Below are positions 39,071 to 49,325 of a DNA stretch of 64,000 bases, one piece after another (within the stretch, counting starts at the first letter, position 1; each line of letters opens with the position of its first letter). The DNA is from Spirochaetia bacterium (GTDB taxonomy: Bacteria > Spirochaetota > Spirochaetia > UBA9216), in assembly GCA_963677925.2 (NCBI GenBank), contig CAXXYH010000004.1:480001-544000 (forward strand), written 5' to 3'. The translations under genes and the position numbers were made by a program. The notes under the pieces are model-generated. The model worked only from the letters and a program-made list of their open reading frames with translations. It was not told where the DNA came from and made no database searches.

Positions 39071-39121
39071 ATTTATCTCCTTAATGGATAATCTACAACT
39101 GACAGTTATTACGCGGTATCG

Positions 39122-39156
39122 TACAAGTGTATGAATTTGCTCTTAGTACATATGTA
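39122..39156. promoter_or_regulatory. Two TACAnnTGTA palindromic boxes upstream of the lipoprotein/S41 operon
   Basis: TACAAGTGTA 39122-39131, TACATATGTA 39147-39156. Confidence 0.55.
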
Positions 39157-39232
39157 GGATAGAGAATGAAATATGAGGATAGGGCTTAAATAGTTATAGA
39201 GGATGGAAAATGTATATTTAGAACTTGTGTCT

Positions 39233-40129
39233 CTATGCCCTTGTCATTTTTGCTACAAGTTCGACCCTGTTCCGTACTTCCGCTTTCTCGAATAATCGGG
39301 ACATATGAGTTCTGACAGTTACCGGAGATATAAAGAGAACTTCACCGATTTCCTTATTAGTCATTCCTTTCATCAATTCAACCAGGACTTCAGTCTCTCT
39401 CTGGGTGAATCCGTAATTTTCTATTATTTCTTTATCTGGAAACCTGTTATCCGGAAGATGACCAACCCTGGCAAGATAATTCAGTAGAGTTATTATGGAA
39501 ATGAGGCTCCAGAGTGAAAGAAAAAGAAAATCCAGCGATATGGCCTGTTTATTCCGAAAGCCCAGATAAAACCAGATTAGATAGAAAATCAGGGATGCCA
39601 GGCTGAAGATAACAGTAATGCGCCCCAGTCCTTTCAAAAGTTTTTGCAGGGAATAATGCCACCCGTCTTTACTGCCGTTGAGTAAAGCAGACCCGACATA
39701 AAAAATATAGGCGGAAATAAAAACCATAAAAGGCAGATATAGAGCCTCAGCCCGGTCCGGATTAACCATGTAGAGTATTGTCCTTGAGACCTGAACCAGA
39801 ATTACTGTTAGAGTTGGATAAAAGGCTTTGTGAAAATTCATCCCTTTTAAATCCAGTAGCAGCAGAAATAAGAAAAAATAAAGAGCAAGTACAACTGTAA
39901 AACTAAGGAAGAGACTAACCCATTTCTGGAATAAAAAAGAATGTTCAGTAATCAGGTTGAAGGCCCAGACCATACTTCTCAGAAGGCTGAAAAGCAGAAC
40001 TATAAAAACAAACAGGAAGTTTTTCAGAACACTGTTTCCCAGGCATTTATAAAAAATCCCCAGGCTCACGGCCCCGCCGCAACCGAGGGAAAATAAAAGC
40101 AGATAAATAAGCAATACGCCTGTAGTCAT
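39233..40129 (-). CDS. Membrane-embedded LuxR-family transcriptional regulator
   Basis: About 7 hydrophobic helices, then FTQRETEVLVELMKGMTNKEIGEVLFISPVTVRTHMSRLFEK. Confidence 0.9.
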   Translation of the reverse strand: MTTGVLLIYLLLFSLGCGGAVSLGIFYKCLGNSVLKNFLFVFIVLLFSLLRSMVWAFNLITEHSFLFQKWVSLFLSFTVVLALYFFLFLLLLDLKGMNFHKAFYPTLTVILVQVSRTILYMVNPDRAEALYLPFMVFISAYIFYVGSALLNGSKDGWHYSLQKLLKGLGRITVIFSLASLIFYLIWFYLGFRNKQAISLDFLFLSLWSLISIITLLNYLARVGHLPDNRFPDKEIIENYGFTQRETEVLVELMKGMTNKEIGEVLFISPVTVRTHMSRLFEKAEVRNRVELVAKMTRA

Positions 40130-40220
40130 ATCAGAGCAAATTTATTGCATATGTGTTCCGGTGTCAATTATTAAATTATCAAATATGAAATCATAGTTTT
40201 CGCCAATGAAAGAGATGAAA

Positions 40221-40238
40221 ATGCTACAGATGTAGCAT
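40221..40238. promoter_or_regulatory. Palindromic operator containing TACAnnTGTA
   Basis: ATGCTACA-GA-TGTAGCAT. Confidence 0.55.
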
Positions 40239-40298
40239 AGGCAGCAGGGAATTTCATTAATAAGATTGCAGGAAAACAAATAAGAAGGAGAAAACCTT

Positions 40299-41066
40299 AT
40301 GAAAATGAAACATGCTTTAATTGCAGCTGGATGGGGGATTTTGGGACTGGGTATGATTGCTGCCGTAAATTTTGTACCAATGGCAAGTATGAAAACGGCA
40401 GAGATGGAATCCTATTTATTTTACGGAATCCCATGTTTTGCTGAACCTGATGACAAAGAGGCTTCTATGGTTATTACAAGAAAAATTGCCGAAAAAGCTG
40501 AACCAGTCACTAAAAGACTTGGTGAATCCATTACAAAGGATATTTCAGTTATTGTCTATCCTGATGCAAAGACATTACATGTTAAAACCTTTGGTCTTGC
40601 CGGCCTGTTTTTACCGGATTGGTATATAGGTAAAAATACGAATGATCTTGTCCTTATCATCTCTCCCAATAATGCAACCCCTGAACGTGATAGAGAATTT
40701 ATAATTGATGCGGGTGTGCATGAATATATCCATCTGCTTACTGACCGGCGGAATAAAGCGATGGATTTATGGCTCAAAGAGGGATTTGCTTTATATCTAG
40801 CCGGACAGAAACTGGATCATGAGAATATTATAAATCTTATGGGGCTTTCTTATAAAGAATTTCAGGCTGACAATTCCCTCAAATTTTCAAGAGCGGGGGG
40901 ATATACACTGGCTTATGTTCTGATGGAATATTTAATAGAAGAATATGGATGGGAGAAAACGCTTGTATTTCTGCAACCCGGCAGTAATTTTAAAAGTGTT
41001 ATTGGTTGTGATAAAAAGGAATTTCTGATGCAATGGAAAGTGTGGATGTCTGAACGATATTCTTGA
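40299..41066 (+). CDS. Exported zinc metallopeptidase (gluzincin / peptidase MA-like)
   Basis: N-terminal hydrophobic segment; HEYIH...WLKEGFALY. Confidence 0.82.
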   Translation: MKMKHALIAAGWGILGLGMIAAVNFVPMASMKTAEMESYLFYGIPCFAEPDDKEASMVITRKIAEKAEPVTKRLGESITKDISVIVYPDAKTLHVKTFGLAGLFLPDWYIGKNTNDLVLIISPNNATPERDREFIIDAGVHEYIHLLTDRRNKAMDLWLKEGFALYLAGQKLDHENIINLMGLSYKEFQADNSLKFSRAGGYTLAYVLMEYLIEEYGWEKTLVFLQPGSNFKSVIGCDKKEFLMQWKVWMSERYS

Positions 41067-41222
41067 GGTTAAAGCGGTCTGCTTTTTTTATATAAAGGGC
41101 TTCAACTTCAAAATTCCCATTTATCTTTTGACTTTCAATTTTAATTTTACTTATGATGGGAGGTCCGGATCCAGTGAATAAAATTCCTGCTGAATTAACC
41201 CTGTATGCAAAGTGGACTGTTT

Positions 41223-42113
41223 TTATTCCAACTCCAGGGTCAGGTGGTTGCAGTAACAGACAGATTTAATTCTTTTTATAAAATCTTCCTTATTAAAACC
41301 ATCGCCTGCTTTTACATTCAGGATCATTACTTTGCTGTTTTCCGAAGTCCGCCATATGTGCAGATCGTTGACAGTCGCATCTGACTCTCCGGCAATTTTT
41401 TGAATCTGTTCATTATCATTTGATGCAGGATGATAATCTACAAGAAGCTTGCCTGAAGAAACCAGTAAATCGTATGCCCATTTCAAAATTACAACAGCTC
41501 CGAGTATTGCTACCACGGCATCCGGCCATGTCTGTCCGAAAAAACGTCCTACGAGAAGTGCAATTATCGCAAGCACCGAAGTCATTGCATCCGTAATGAC
41601 ATGTATATATGCCGATCTGAGATTATGGTCGTGATGATGGTGCCCATGATCATGTCCATGATGGTCATGTCCGCCTGACGACAGCAGGGCTGCACTTATC
41701 AGATTCACGATTAATCCAATAACCGCGACAAGCAATGCCTGATTGAAGATTATTGTCACCGGGTTCAGAAGTCTGTGGATAGCTTCATAGACCATATAGA
41801 CTGCGGTAATACCGAGGATTATGGCATTTGTGTATCCGCCTAAAACACCAACTTTTCCTGAAGAAAAGGCAAAATTGGGATTGTCTGCATGTTTACCTGC
41901 AATTATATAGGCAATCAAAGTAACTATCAGAGCGAAGGTATGAGTTCCCATATGAATACCGTCGGCAAGCAGTGCCATGGAGCCGGTTAGCAGCCCATAT
42001 CCAATTTCAGCAACCATTGTTATAAGAGTTATCGATACTACAATGGCTGTCTTTTTCATATTTGAATGATTATGATTGTGAATATTATGCTGATTGCATA
42101 TTCGATGCGTCAT
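41223..42113 (-). CDS. dmeF: CDF family Co/Ni/Zn efflux transporter, DmeF-like
   Basis: GSMALLADGIHMGTH, His-rich loop, HNLRSAYIHVITDA. Confidence 0.9.
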   Translation of the reverse strand: MTHRICNQHNIHNHNHSNMKKTAIVVSITLITMVAEIGYGLLTGSMALLADGIHMGTHTFALIVTLIAYIIAGKHADNPNFAFSSGKVGVLGGYTNAIILGITAVYMVYEAIHRLLNPVTIIFNQALLVAVIGLIVNLISAALLSSGGHDHHGHDHGHHHHDHNLRSAYIHVITDAMTSVLAIIALLVGRFFGQTWPDAVVAILGAVVILKWAYDLLVSSGKLLVDYHPASNDNEQIQKIAGESDATVNDLHIWRTSENSKVMILNVKAGDGFNKEDFIKRIKSVCYCNHLTLELE

Positions 42114-42120
42114 ATTGTCC

Positions 42121-42531
42121 TCACATTATTTCCTGGATTATGTTCATATTGCAGAAGAAAGATTCAGCTGTTTCCTCACCCAGGGTGTTTATAATTTCCT
42201 CAATCAGCTGTCCATGAAGAAGATGGTGATTGTCATATTCGTTTTGTCCGGATTTTGTAAGTTTCACAAAATATGAACGTTTATCATCCGGATCTTTTTC
42301 TTTTTCCAGATACTCTTTGGTAACCAGGCGATGTACCATCACTGTCAGAGTCCCGGTGGTTACACCAAGCTTTTCTGAAAGCTCCTTCATTCGAAGTTCT
42401 CCATTGTTTCCGACTACCTCAAGCAGATGCATCTGTGGGAGCGAAATTTTTCTATCAGCAACAACTCCATTTTCCCAGGATGACATCCGCTCAAAAAATT
42501 CAACCAGAATGTTTGAATACTGTTCTTTCAT
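42121..42531 (-). CDS. MarR-family regulator
   Basis: MKELSEKLGVTTGTLTVMVHRL...DPDDKRSYFVKLT; C-terminal HHLLH. Confidence 0.92.
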   Translation of the reverse strand: MKEQYSNILVEFFERMSSWENGVVADRKISLPQMHLLEVVGNNGELRMKELSEKLGVTTGTLTVMVHRLVTKEYLEKEKDPDDKRSYFVKLTKSGQNEYDNHHLLHGQLIEEIINTLGEETAESFFCNMNIIQEIM

Positions 42532-42540
42532 TTAATTTAC

Positions 42541-42580
42541 CTTGACTATCAAGATAAATTAAATTAGTTTGATTGTCAAG
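42541..42580. promoter_or_regulatory. Putative MarR autoregulatory operators
   Basis: CTTGACTATCAAG (42541-42553) and TTTGATTGTCAAG (42568-42580), both TTGA-N3-TCAA. Confidence 0.6.
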
Positions 42581-42689
42581 ATATTAATCGAGTTAAAATA
42601 TTTGTTATTTCTCGCTAAAAAAAAATTGCACTCAATACTCTGCTTTACTAAGATTTAGTTATGAACAGAAATCAAACAAGGCGGGTAAT

Positions 42690-44909
42690 ATGAAACTGTC
42701 TATTAAAGTAAAAATGATTTTTTTCATCTTATTTATCTCGGTAATTATATTCTGCTTCATAGGCTTTACTTTTCTCAGAACCAGAGCAAATACAATTTCA
42801 TTCGAAAGACTTGTCAAAATATCTGATGATTATGCAGTATTAAGGGATGTTGAAGCAGAAGTAATAAATATGTGGCAGCTTATTACTGATGCCAGTCTTA
42901 CACAAAGCCAGGATGTTATAGATATTGAGGTGGCAGAAGCTAAGGTTGTTTTAAAAGATAAGCTGAATGAGCTGAAAAGCAGCCTGTCTGAATTTTCAAA
43001 TGATATTGCCGCCATAGAATTTGCAATAGAAAACTTCTGGAAAATCGGTTTGAACATGAAAAACGCCTATATGCAGTCTAAAACTGAGGGTGATAAAGTG
43101 ATGAAAGAATTTGATTCGGCAGCCACCAGGATGCTTGACGCCCTGGATAATTTGACAAACCCTCTGTATGAATATCGAAGTGAAGCAACAGAATCATACC
43201 ACAGGGCAGTCCTGAATATGAATACAATTATCAGTATAGCAGGACTCATTGGGGCAGTATTAGTAATTTTTATCGGTCTGATAATAACAAGGGGGCTAAT
43301 TAAAGAGTTACGTATAACTACTGAATCTTTTTCTGCGCTGGCTTCAAGCGAGGGAGATTTGACTTATGAACTGCAGACTAAAAGTAATGATGAGTTTGCC
43401 GAAATGTCGACTCAGTTTAATAATTTTATTGCCAAGGTTCGAAATATGCTGATTTCGATTTCGGATATTATTTATAAAAATGATAAGCTTGGAACGCATT
43501 TATCTACGGCAGCAAAAAACTCTGCAACCTCGGTATTGGCGATTACCAACAGAATAGACGATGTAAGAGAAAACAGTGAAAAACTTGATTCGTCTATACA
43601 AATTGCTTCTGCAGCAATAGAGCAGATTAAGCAGTCAATTTCCAGTTTGAATAAACAGGTAACCCAGCAGTTTACTGCGATAGAGCGTTCCAGCTCTTCA
43701 ACAGAACAGATAATGGCGTCGGTGACTAATGTTGCCAATATTACAAAAAGCCGGCTTTCATCGATGCAGGGAATAGTGGATTTAATTTCAACAGGTGTTA
43801 ATCAGGTGCTTTCTACCAACCAGATTATTAAGGATATACAGAAGAATGCTGATGACATGCTTGAGATGATCGACATTATCAATAATATCTCGAATCAGAC
43901 AAATTTGCTTGCCATGAATGCTTCGATTGAGGCTGCCCATGCCGGAGATGCAGGAAGAGGCTTTTCAGTCGTTGCTGATGAAATCAGAAAACTGGCCGAG
44001 AATACGGGCGAGAACGCAAACAGAATAGAGGCAAGCCTTGTTTCGACAACCAATAAGGTTGTTGAAGCAACAAAGGCCGGAGAGGAAAGTGAAAAAGCTT
44101 TACTGGTTATTAATGCTGAAGTCAATCAGTTTTCTCAGGCTCTAAATGAGGTTTCGGTTTCAATGAATGAACTGTCGCTTGCCAGTAAGGAAATCCTGCA
44201 GTCGGTAGAAACCCTTATGGATACAAGCAATATTGTCCGTACTGCATCTGAGGAAATGTCGACCGGTGCAACTGAATCACTTTCATCCATTATTGTCATT
44301 AAGGATGTTTCAGCAGAAAATCTTAAAAGCATTTCAGATGTTTCTGAAGAGGCTGAAAAACTGTCTTCCGCGGCATTGCAGGTGGCCGCATTCAGTAATC
44401 AGAATAAATACAACAATACATTCTCCAGCAGCGAGCTCTCAAAATTAAAGACCGGTCAGGTAATCGATCCAGATTCAAATGTAAGTGTTGGAATTGACTG
44501 GACGGATATACTGTCCATTGGTGTTGATCAAATGGATGATGAGCATAAGGAATTGTTCGTAAGGATCAATAAACTGCTCGTTGCCCTGGTGGAGGGTTCA
44601 AATAATTACGATCTGTCTGAAATTGTCGGTTTTATCAACGAATATATTGATTTCCATTTTCGCGATGAAGAAAAACTGCTGGAGTCGGTTAATTATCCGC
44701 AGCTTACTGAACATAAAAAACTGCATGCAATATATGAAGCCGAATTTGACCAGATAGAAAAGCGGCTGAAGTCCGGGGAATTCGATGTCATGATGCTTAT
44801 AGAAATTCAGGAAAAGGTCGTAAACTGGCTGCTCGATCATATTGCTAAGGTTGACAGGAAATATGGCGAATATATCAATTCTCTAGGGAAAAATGACCTC
44901 ACTGTCTGA
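42690..44909 (+). CDS. Methyl-accepting chemotaxis protein with C-terminal bacteriohemerythrin domain
   Basis: 2 TM, HAMP, QTNLLAMNASIEAAHAGDAGRGFSVVADEIRKLAE; hemerythrin ligands DDEHKEL, HFRDEE, HKKLH, WLLDHIAKVD. Confidence 0.93.
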   Translation: MKLSIKVKMIFFILFISVIIFCFIGFTFLRTRANTISFERLVKISDDYAVLRDVEAEVINMWQLITDASLTQSQDVIDIEVAEAKVVLKDKLNELKSSLSEFSNDIAAIEFAIENFWKIGLNMKNAYMQSKTEGDKVMKEFDSAATRMLDALDNLTNPLYEYRSEATESYHRAVLNMNTIISIAGLIGAVLVIFIGLIITRGLIKELRITTESFSALASSEGDLTYELQTKSNDEFAEMSTQFNNFIAKVRNMLISISDIIYKNDKLGTHLSTAAKNSATSVLAITNRIDDVRENSEKLDSSIQIASAAIEQIKQSISSLNKQVTQQFTAIERSSSSTEQIMASVTNVANITKSRLSSMQGIVDLISTGVNQVLSTNQIIKDIQKNADDMLEMIDIINNISNQTNLLAMNASIEAAHAGDAGRGFSVVADEIRKLAENTGENANRIEASLVSTTNKVVEATKAGEESEKALLVINAEVNQFSQALNEVSVSMNELSLASKEILQSVETLMDTSNIVRTASEEMSTGATESLSSIIVIKDVSAENLKSISDVSEEAEKLSSAALQVAAFSNQNKYNNTFSSSELSKLKTGQVIDPDSNVSVGIDWTDILSIGVDQMDDEHKELFVRINKLLVALVEGSNNYDLSEIVGFINEYIDFHFRDEEKLLESVNYPQLTEHKKLHAIYEAEFDQIEKRLKSGEFDVMMLIEIQEKVVNWLLDHIAKVDRKYGEYINSLGKNDLTV

Positions 44910-45157
44910 GTCATTATTACATTAAATTTTCAGCATCAGATCCCTTTTTATAGGGTTTCTGGTGCTTTTTTTTAGCCTAATCCGGTGAAAAAATATCAAC
45001 TCAGTAAGAAGTACTAGAATAGTACTAGTATTATTTTAAAATTCAGTTAAATATAATAAAATTCCCGCCTTGAAAATCATGCTCCAGCCGTATGTAAATA
45101 AATGAAAAATGGGGCCATAATTACAATCGAAGTTTGAATATAGAAAAGGTGGAACAG

Positions 45158-46342
45158 ATGCAGAATTTAAAAAAGAGACCCAAATGGAATAAGCTTCAGT
45201 CTTTTTCCGAAGAAACCTGGAAAAGCAATGATATTTATTCATCAAAGGAATTCAAAGAACTTATCAACTATGAGAGGGTTAGGGCTGATCGGAACGGTTC
45301 CGTTTTTTCAATCCTGTTATTCACCTCAGATATTCTATATTCAAGCAAAAAGAAGGTCGATTTCTTTATTGATGAAGTTAAGGACCTGGTAAGGGTTATT
45401 GACCATATAGGCTGGTATGATAAGAAGCATGTTGCTATTCTTCTGCCGGATACAGCCGAAAAAGGTGCAGAGATTCTTGGTAAAAAGATTCTGAACCAGA
45501 TTCCCTTCCTGCATTTGGAAAATAACAGTTTCGATATCTACAATTATCCTGATAAATGGCTCAAAAACAAGGATATGGATGTTGTTGAAAATGCAGTCGG
45601 ATGCCTGGGAAAGAAAATTGATGTAAGTGCCTGTACTGAAGATATGTTCACAATGAAAATGCCTGTATGGAAAAGAATGCTGGATATTACAGTATCTGCT
45701 GCAATGCTTCTTGTTCTGTCACCGATATTGATTTTTACCGGATTGTTTATAAAGATCATCTCTCCGGGACCTGTTTTCTTTACACAGACAAGAATTGGTT
45801 TTAAGGGAAAACCCTTTACTTTTTATAAATTCCGCTCCATGAAGTATGATAATAACCAGAGTTTTCATGGAAAGCATGCGCAAAGCTTCATTAAAAGCGG
45901 TGATGTTCCGATGGAAAAGCTTGATAATAAGGATCCACGTATTATTCCCGGAGGTCAGTTTTTAAGAAAAGCCTGTATAGATGAGCTTCCGCAGCTTATT
46001 AATGTTCTGCTTGGTGATATGAGTCTTGTCGGACCAAGACCCTGTATTCCTTATGAAGCTGATGAATACCTCAGATGGCATACACATCGTTTTGATACTG
46101 TGCCCGGAATGACAGGCCTGTGGCAGGTAAGTGGAAAGAACAAACTGACATTTAAAGAGATGATTCGTCTTGATATAAATTATTCAAAGAATATGAGTCT
46201 CTGGAATGATATCAGAATAATTTTTAGAACTCCTATTGTTATTATTGGAATGTTTACTGAGACTGTCAGTAAGAAACTCAAGACTAAACAGGATGCTTCG
46301 TCTTTGGGTTCTCTGAATATGGCCCAGAGGAAAGTTCTGTAA
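45158..46342 (+). CDS. Bacterial sugar transferase (initiating phosphoglycosyl transferase) with N-terminal degenerate GGDEF-like domain
   Basis: KRMLDI, FYKFRSM, DPRI, IDELPQLINVLLGDMSLVGPRP, PGMTGLWQVSG; N-term ERVRADR..FSILLF...VRVIDHIGWY...AILLPDT. Confidence 0.88.
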   Translation: MQNLKKRPKWNKLQSFSEETWKSNDIYSSKEFKELINYERVRADRNGSVFSILLFTSDILYSSKKKVDFFIDEVKDLVRVIDHIGWYDKKHVAILLPDTAEKGAEILGKKILNQIPFLHLENNSFDIYNYPDKWLKNKDMDVVENAVGCLGKKIDVSACTEDMFTMKMPVWKRMLDITVSAAMLLVLSPILIFTGLFIKIISPGPVFFTQTRIGFKGKPFTFYKFRSMKYDNNQSFHGKHAQSFIKSGDVPMEKLDNKDPRIIPGGQFLRKACIDELPQLINVLLGDMSLVGPRPCIPYEADEYLRWHTHRFDTVPGMTGLWQVSGKNKLTFKEMIRLDINYSKNMSLWNDIRIIFRTPIVIIGMFTETVSKKLKTKQDASSLGSLNMAQRKVL

Positions 46343-46392
46343 AAAATACATTTAGGACATATCGCCTATAAGGAGCCCTTATAGGGCGGAAG

Positions 46393-46429
46393 AAAAGGCA
46401 GGTTTGCATTGCAGACTTGTCTTTTTTTT
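46393..46429 (+). terminator. Intrinsic terminator
   Basis: GGCAGGTTTGC-ATT-GCAGACTTGTC followed by T8. Confidence 0.7.
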
Positions 46430-46585
46430 GTAAAAAGTAGATGTGAATCTTATGTATACTAATTACGGGCATATTTACATAAATAATCATTCCAGTTAAT
46501 ATTTTTAATCATGAAAGCCTAATTTTCTTTTTTACAATTTCGACTACCCCGTTAATAGAATAAATAATTGTAACAGGAGAAAATT

Positions 46586-47428
46586 ATGTTTGATAAACTT
46601 GTCAAAATAAATAATAAACCAAAACCATTTGAATTTTATACCGCTGAAGAGCTGTGGGATGATAACTACAGATCAACACAGATGCTTCAGTATCATCTGA
46701 ATGAGACAGTTGATGTTTCTTCCCGCAATCATCAATTTATTGTTGAATCGGCTGACTGGATCATTGAACATTTCAGGCTGGGAAAATCGTCCGGAATTGC
46801 AGACTTTGGATGCGGTCCGGGCTTATATTCGAAACGTCTTGCTGAAAAGGGACTTAAAGTTACCGGAATTGATTTTTCAAGGAATTCAATTAAATATGCA
46901 AGGGCAGAGGCTGAACTTAATAATCTGAATGTGAATTACATTAATATGAACTATCTTGATTTTAGCAGCAGTGACAGATTTGATCTTATTATAATGATTA
47001 TGTGTGATTACTGTGCTTTAAGTCCAATACAAAGAAGGGCATTACTGAAAATATTTCATTCCCATCTAAATGAAGGCGGCTCAATATTCCTTGATGTTTA
47101 TTCTTTGAATGCATTTGATAAGCGGGAAGAATCTGCCTTGTATGAAAAAAATCAGCTTTTTCAATTCTGGTCTGCTGATGATTATTTTGCCTTTGTAAAT
47201 ATTTTTAAATATGATGATGAAAAAGTCTGTCTTGATAAATTTACAATCTATGAAGAAAGTAAAAGCTACACTGTCTACAACTGGCTTCAATATTATAGTG
47301 TTAGTAGCCTGGAGGAAGAATTTAAAGAGGCTGGATTTTCATTAACTGATGTTTTAGGAAACGTTGCTGGTGCAGAATATTCTGAAAAAGGCGATGAATT
47401 TGCAGTTATAGCGGAAAAGCTGATTTAA
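46586..47428 (+). CDS. Class I SAM-dependent methyltransferase
   Basis: IADFGCGPG, VTGIDFS, FDLI, LNEGG. Confidence 0.9.
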   Translation: MFDKLVKINNKPKPFEFYTAEELWDDNYRSTQMLQYHLNETVDVSSRNHQFIVESADWIIEHFRLGKSSGIADFGCGPGLYSKRLAEKGLKVTGIDFSRNSIKYARAEAELNNLNVNYINMNYLDFSSSDRFDLIIMIMCDYCALSPIQRRALLKIFHSHLNEGGSIFLDVYSLNAFDKREESALYEKNQLFQFWSADDYFAFVNIFKYDDEKVCLDKFTIYEESKSYTVYNWLQYYSVSSLEEEFKEAGFSLTDVLGNVAGAEYSEKGDEFAVIAEKLI

Positions 47429-47480
47429 AATCTTTGTGCAGTATTCATGAATAGAGCATATAATATATGCGGAGGTTCTA

Positions 47481-49325
47481 ATGGATATTGGAAAAACTCT
47501 ATGTAGCAGGGACAGTTTCAGCGAGATAGTTATTGGAAACACGGCTCTCGTAAGGGCTATGATAGAATCCGGCGTGGAGCTTGTATCGGCATATCCCGGG
47601 TCTCCGACGCCGGAGATCGCTGATGCTGTTCAGGCAGTAAGAAGGCATGAAGATATTTTTTATTTTGAGTATTCGGTAAATGAAAAAGTCGCTTCCGAAC
47701 TCGCATTCGGTGCTTCAATCAGCGGCAGCCTGTCGGTGGTCTTTTTTAAAAGTGTTGGCTTAAATGTAGCCGCTGATTCCTTCGTTCAGTTTTCGCTTAT
47801 GGATTTATCCGGAGGTCTTGTAATTGTTCTTGGTGATGATCCGGGTGCCAATTCCTCACAGAACGAGCAGGATAACAGACACTTTGCCAGAATGACAAAT
47901 ACGCCTGTATTTGAGCCTGCTGACCCGCAGCAGGTCTATGAAATGTTTTTAAAGGCGGCAGAGCTGTCAGTAAAACATAAACACCCTGTAATTCTTCGAA
48001 TGACTACCCATGTATGTCACGCCAAGGCCAGGGTAAATTTTGGAACCAGAGTCGAGCGTGAAAAGAAAAGCTGGCATTTTGATCCGGAACCCGGAGAATA
48101 TATTCCGCTTACAAAATCTGTTGCAGCTATGAAGAAAAGAGCCCTGCTTAAATTGGAAAAATTCCGTTTGTGGAATGACGGCTCCGGGTTTAACCGGCTT
48201 ACCGATAACGGGTCAGATAGGGGCATCATCACATGCGGGCTGCCGTCACTTTCTCTGGATGACGCTTTATCCGGGGTTGATAATCCTCCGGATATTCTTG
48301 TTCTTGGTTCTCCATGGCCTTTGCCGCTTAAGCTGATTACTGAATTCTGTGCCGGACATGATGAGGTGCTGATTCTGGAAGAACTGGATCCTTTTATTGA
48401 AAATGAAATTAAGGCTGCGGCTTTTGATGCCGGACTGAAATGTTCAATACTAGGAAAGAAGGAGCCTGAAGATTTTATAGGTGAGTTAAGACCTGAAGCA
48501 GTACGAAGCTTTCTAAGCCGGAAATGGCCTGACCTGATGGGGGAAGATCCTCCTGTTGCTGATACCCATATACTGCCGCGCCCGGCTCAGATGTGTCCCG
48601 GCTGCGGTCACCGAAGTGCTTTTCATGCAATCGTAAAGGCTTTAAAGCCTGAGGACACAACTGTTGCAGATATAGGCTGTCATACTCTTGGATATATGGA
48701 ACCGTATAGAATGGGGCAGGCGCTTCTAAGTATGGGACATTCCAATGGAACCGGGGCCGGCCTTTCAGTGTTTAAGCCTGAGGGCCGTGTTATAACCTTT
48801 CTGGGAGATTCAACATTCTTTCATGCCGGCCTGCCCGGTATTATCAACGCGGTTTTCAACAGGCATAAGATTACACTGATAGTCATGGTTAACGGTACCA
48901 CCGCAATGACCGGGCATCAGGATCATGCCGGAACAGGCGGAATAGCGATTCGTCCGGTACTGGAAGCCCTGGGAGTAGGCTTTATTGAAGAAGTTGATAC
49001 CTACAAACAGAACGAACTTTCACAGGCGGTAAAAAGGGCGGTATCATTTGACGGCTTCAGCGTTGTAATAGCTAAGCATCCCTGTATGCTGAAATTCACA
49101 AGAGAACAGAGAAAACGCGGAAAAGAGTCTATAATGAGGGCTGAAATTGACCAGAAGGTTTGCCGGAGTATTAAAACCTGTATCGCAGATTTTGCGTGCC
49201 CTTCATTCACTATTGATCAGGCAGACGGAAGCATCAGTGTAAATCCGGAGCTTTGTATAGGGGACGGATCCTGTGTGCAGACATGTTCCGCCGGTGCCGT
49301 GTCAATCGGGAGAAAACAGAAATGA
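47481..49325 (+). CDS. iorA: Indolepyruvate:ferredoxin oxidoreductase alpha subunit
   Basis: YPGSPTPEI, VNEKVA, KSVGLNVAAD, SSQNEQD, CPGCGHR, GDSTFFH (TPP), C-terminal Fe-S cysteines. Confidence 0.92.
   Translation: MDIGKTLCSRDSFSEIVIGNTALVRAMIESGVELVSAYPGSPTPEIADAVQAVRRHEDIFYFEYSVNEKVASELAFGASISGSLSVVFFKSVGLNVAADSFVQFSLMDLSGGLVIVLGDDPGANSSQNEQDNRHFARMTNTPVFEPADPQQVYEMFLKAAELSVKHKHPVILRMTTHVCHAKARVNFGTRVEREKKSWHFDPEPGEYIPLTKSVAAMKKRALLKLEKFRLWNDGSGFNRLTDNGSDRGIITCGLPSLSLDDALSGVDNPPDILVLGSPWPLPLKLITEFCAGHDEVLILEELDPFIENEIKAAAFDAGLKCSILGKKEPEDFIGELRPEAVRSFLSRKWPDLMGEDPPVADTHILPRPAQMCPGCGHRSAFHAIVKALKPEDTTVADIGCHTLGYMEPYRMGQALLSMGHSNGTGAGLSVFKPEGRVITFLGDSTFFHAGLPGIINAVFNRHKITLIVMVNGTTAMTGHQDHAGTGGIAIRPVLEALGVGFIEEVDTYKQNELSQAVKRAVSFDGFSVVIAKHPCMLKFTREQRKRGKESIMRAEIDQKVCRSIKTCIADFACPSFTIDQADGSISVNPELCIGDGSCVQTCSAGAVSIGRKQK

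Noticed and set aside
41631-41670. Short tandem repeat (CATGAT/CATGGT)
   Set aside because: Simply encodes the His-rich loop of the CDF transporter
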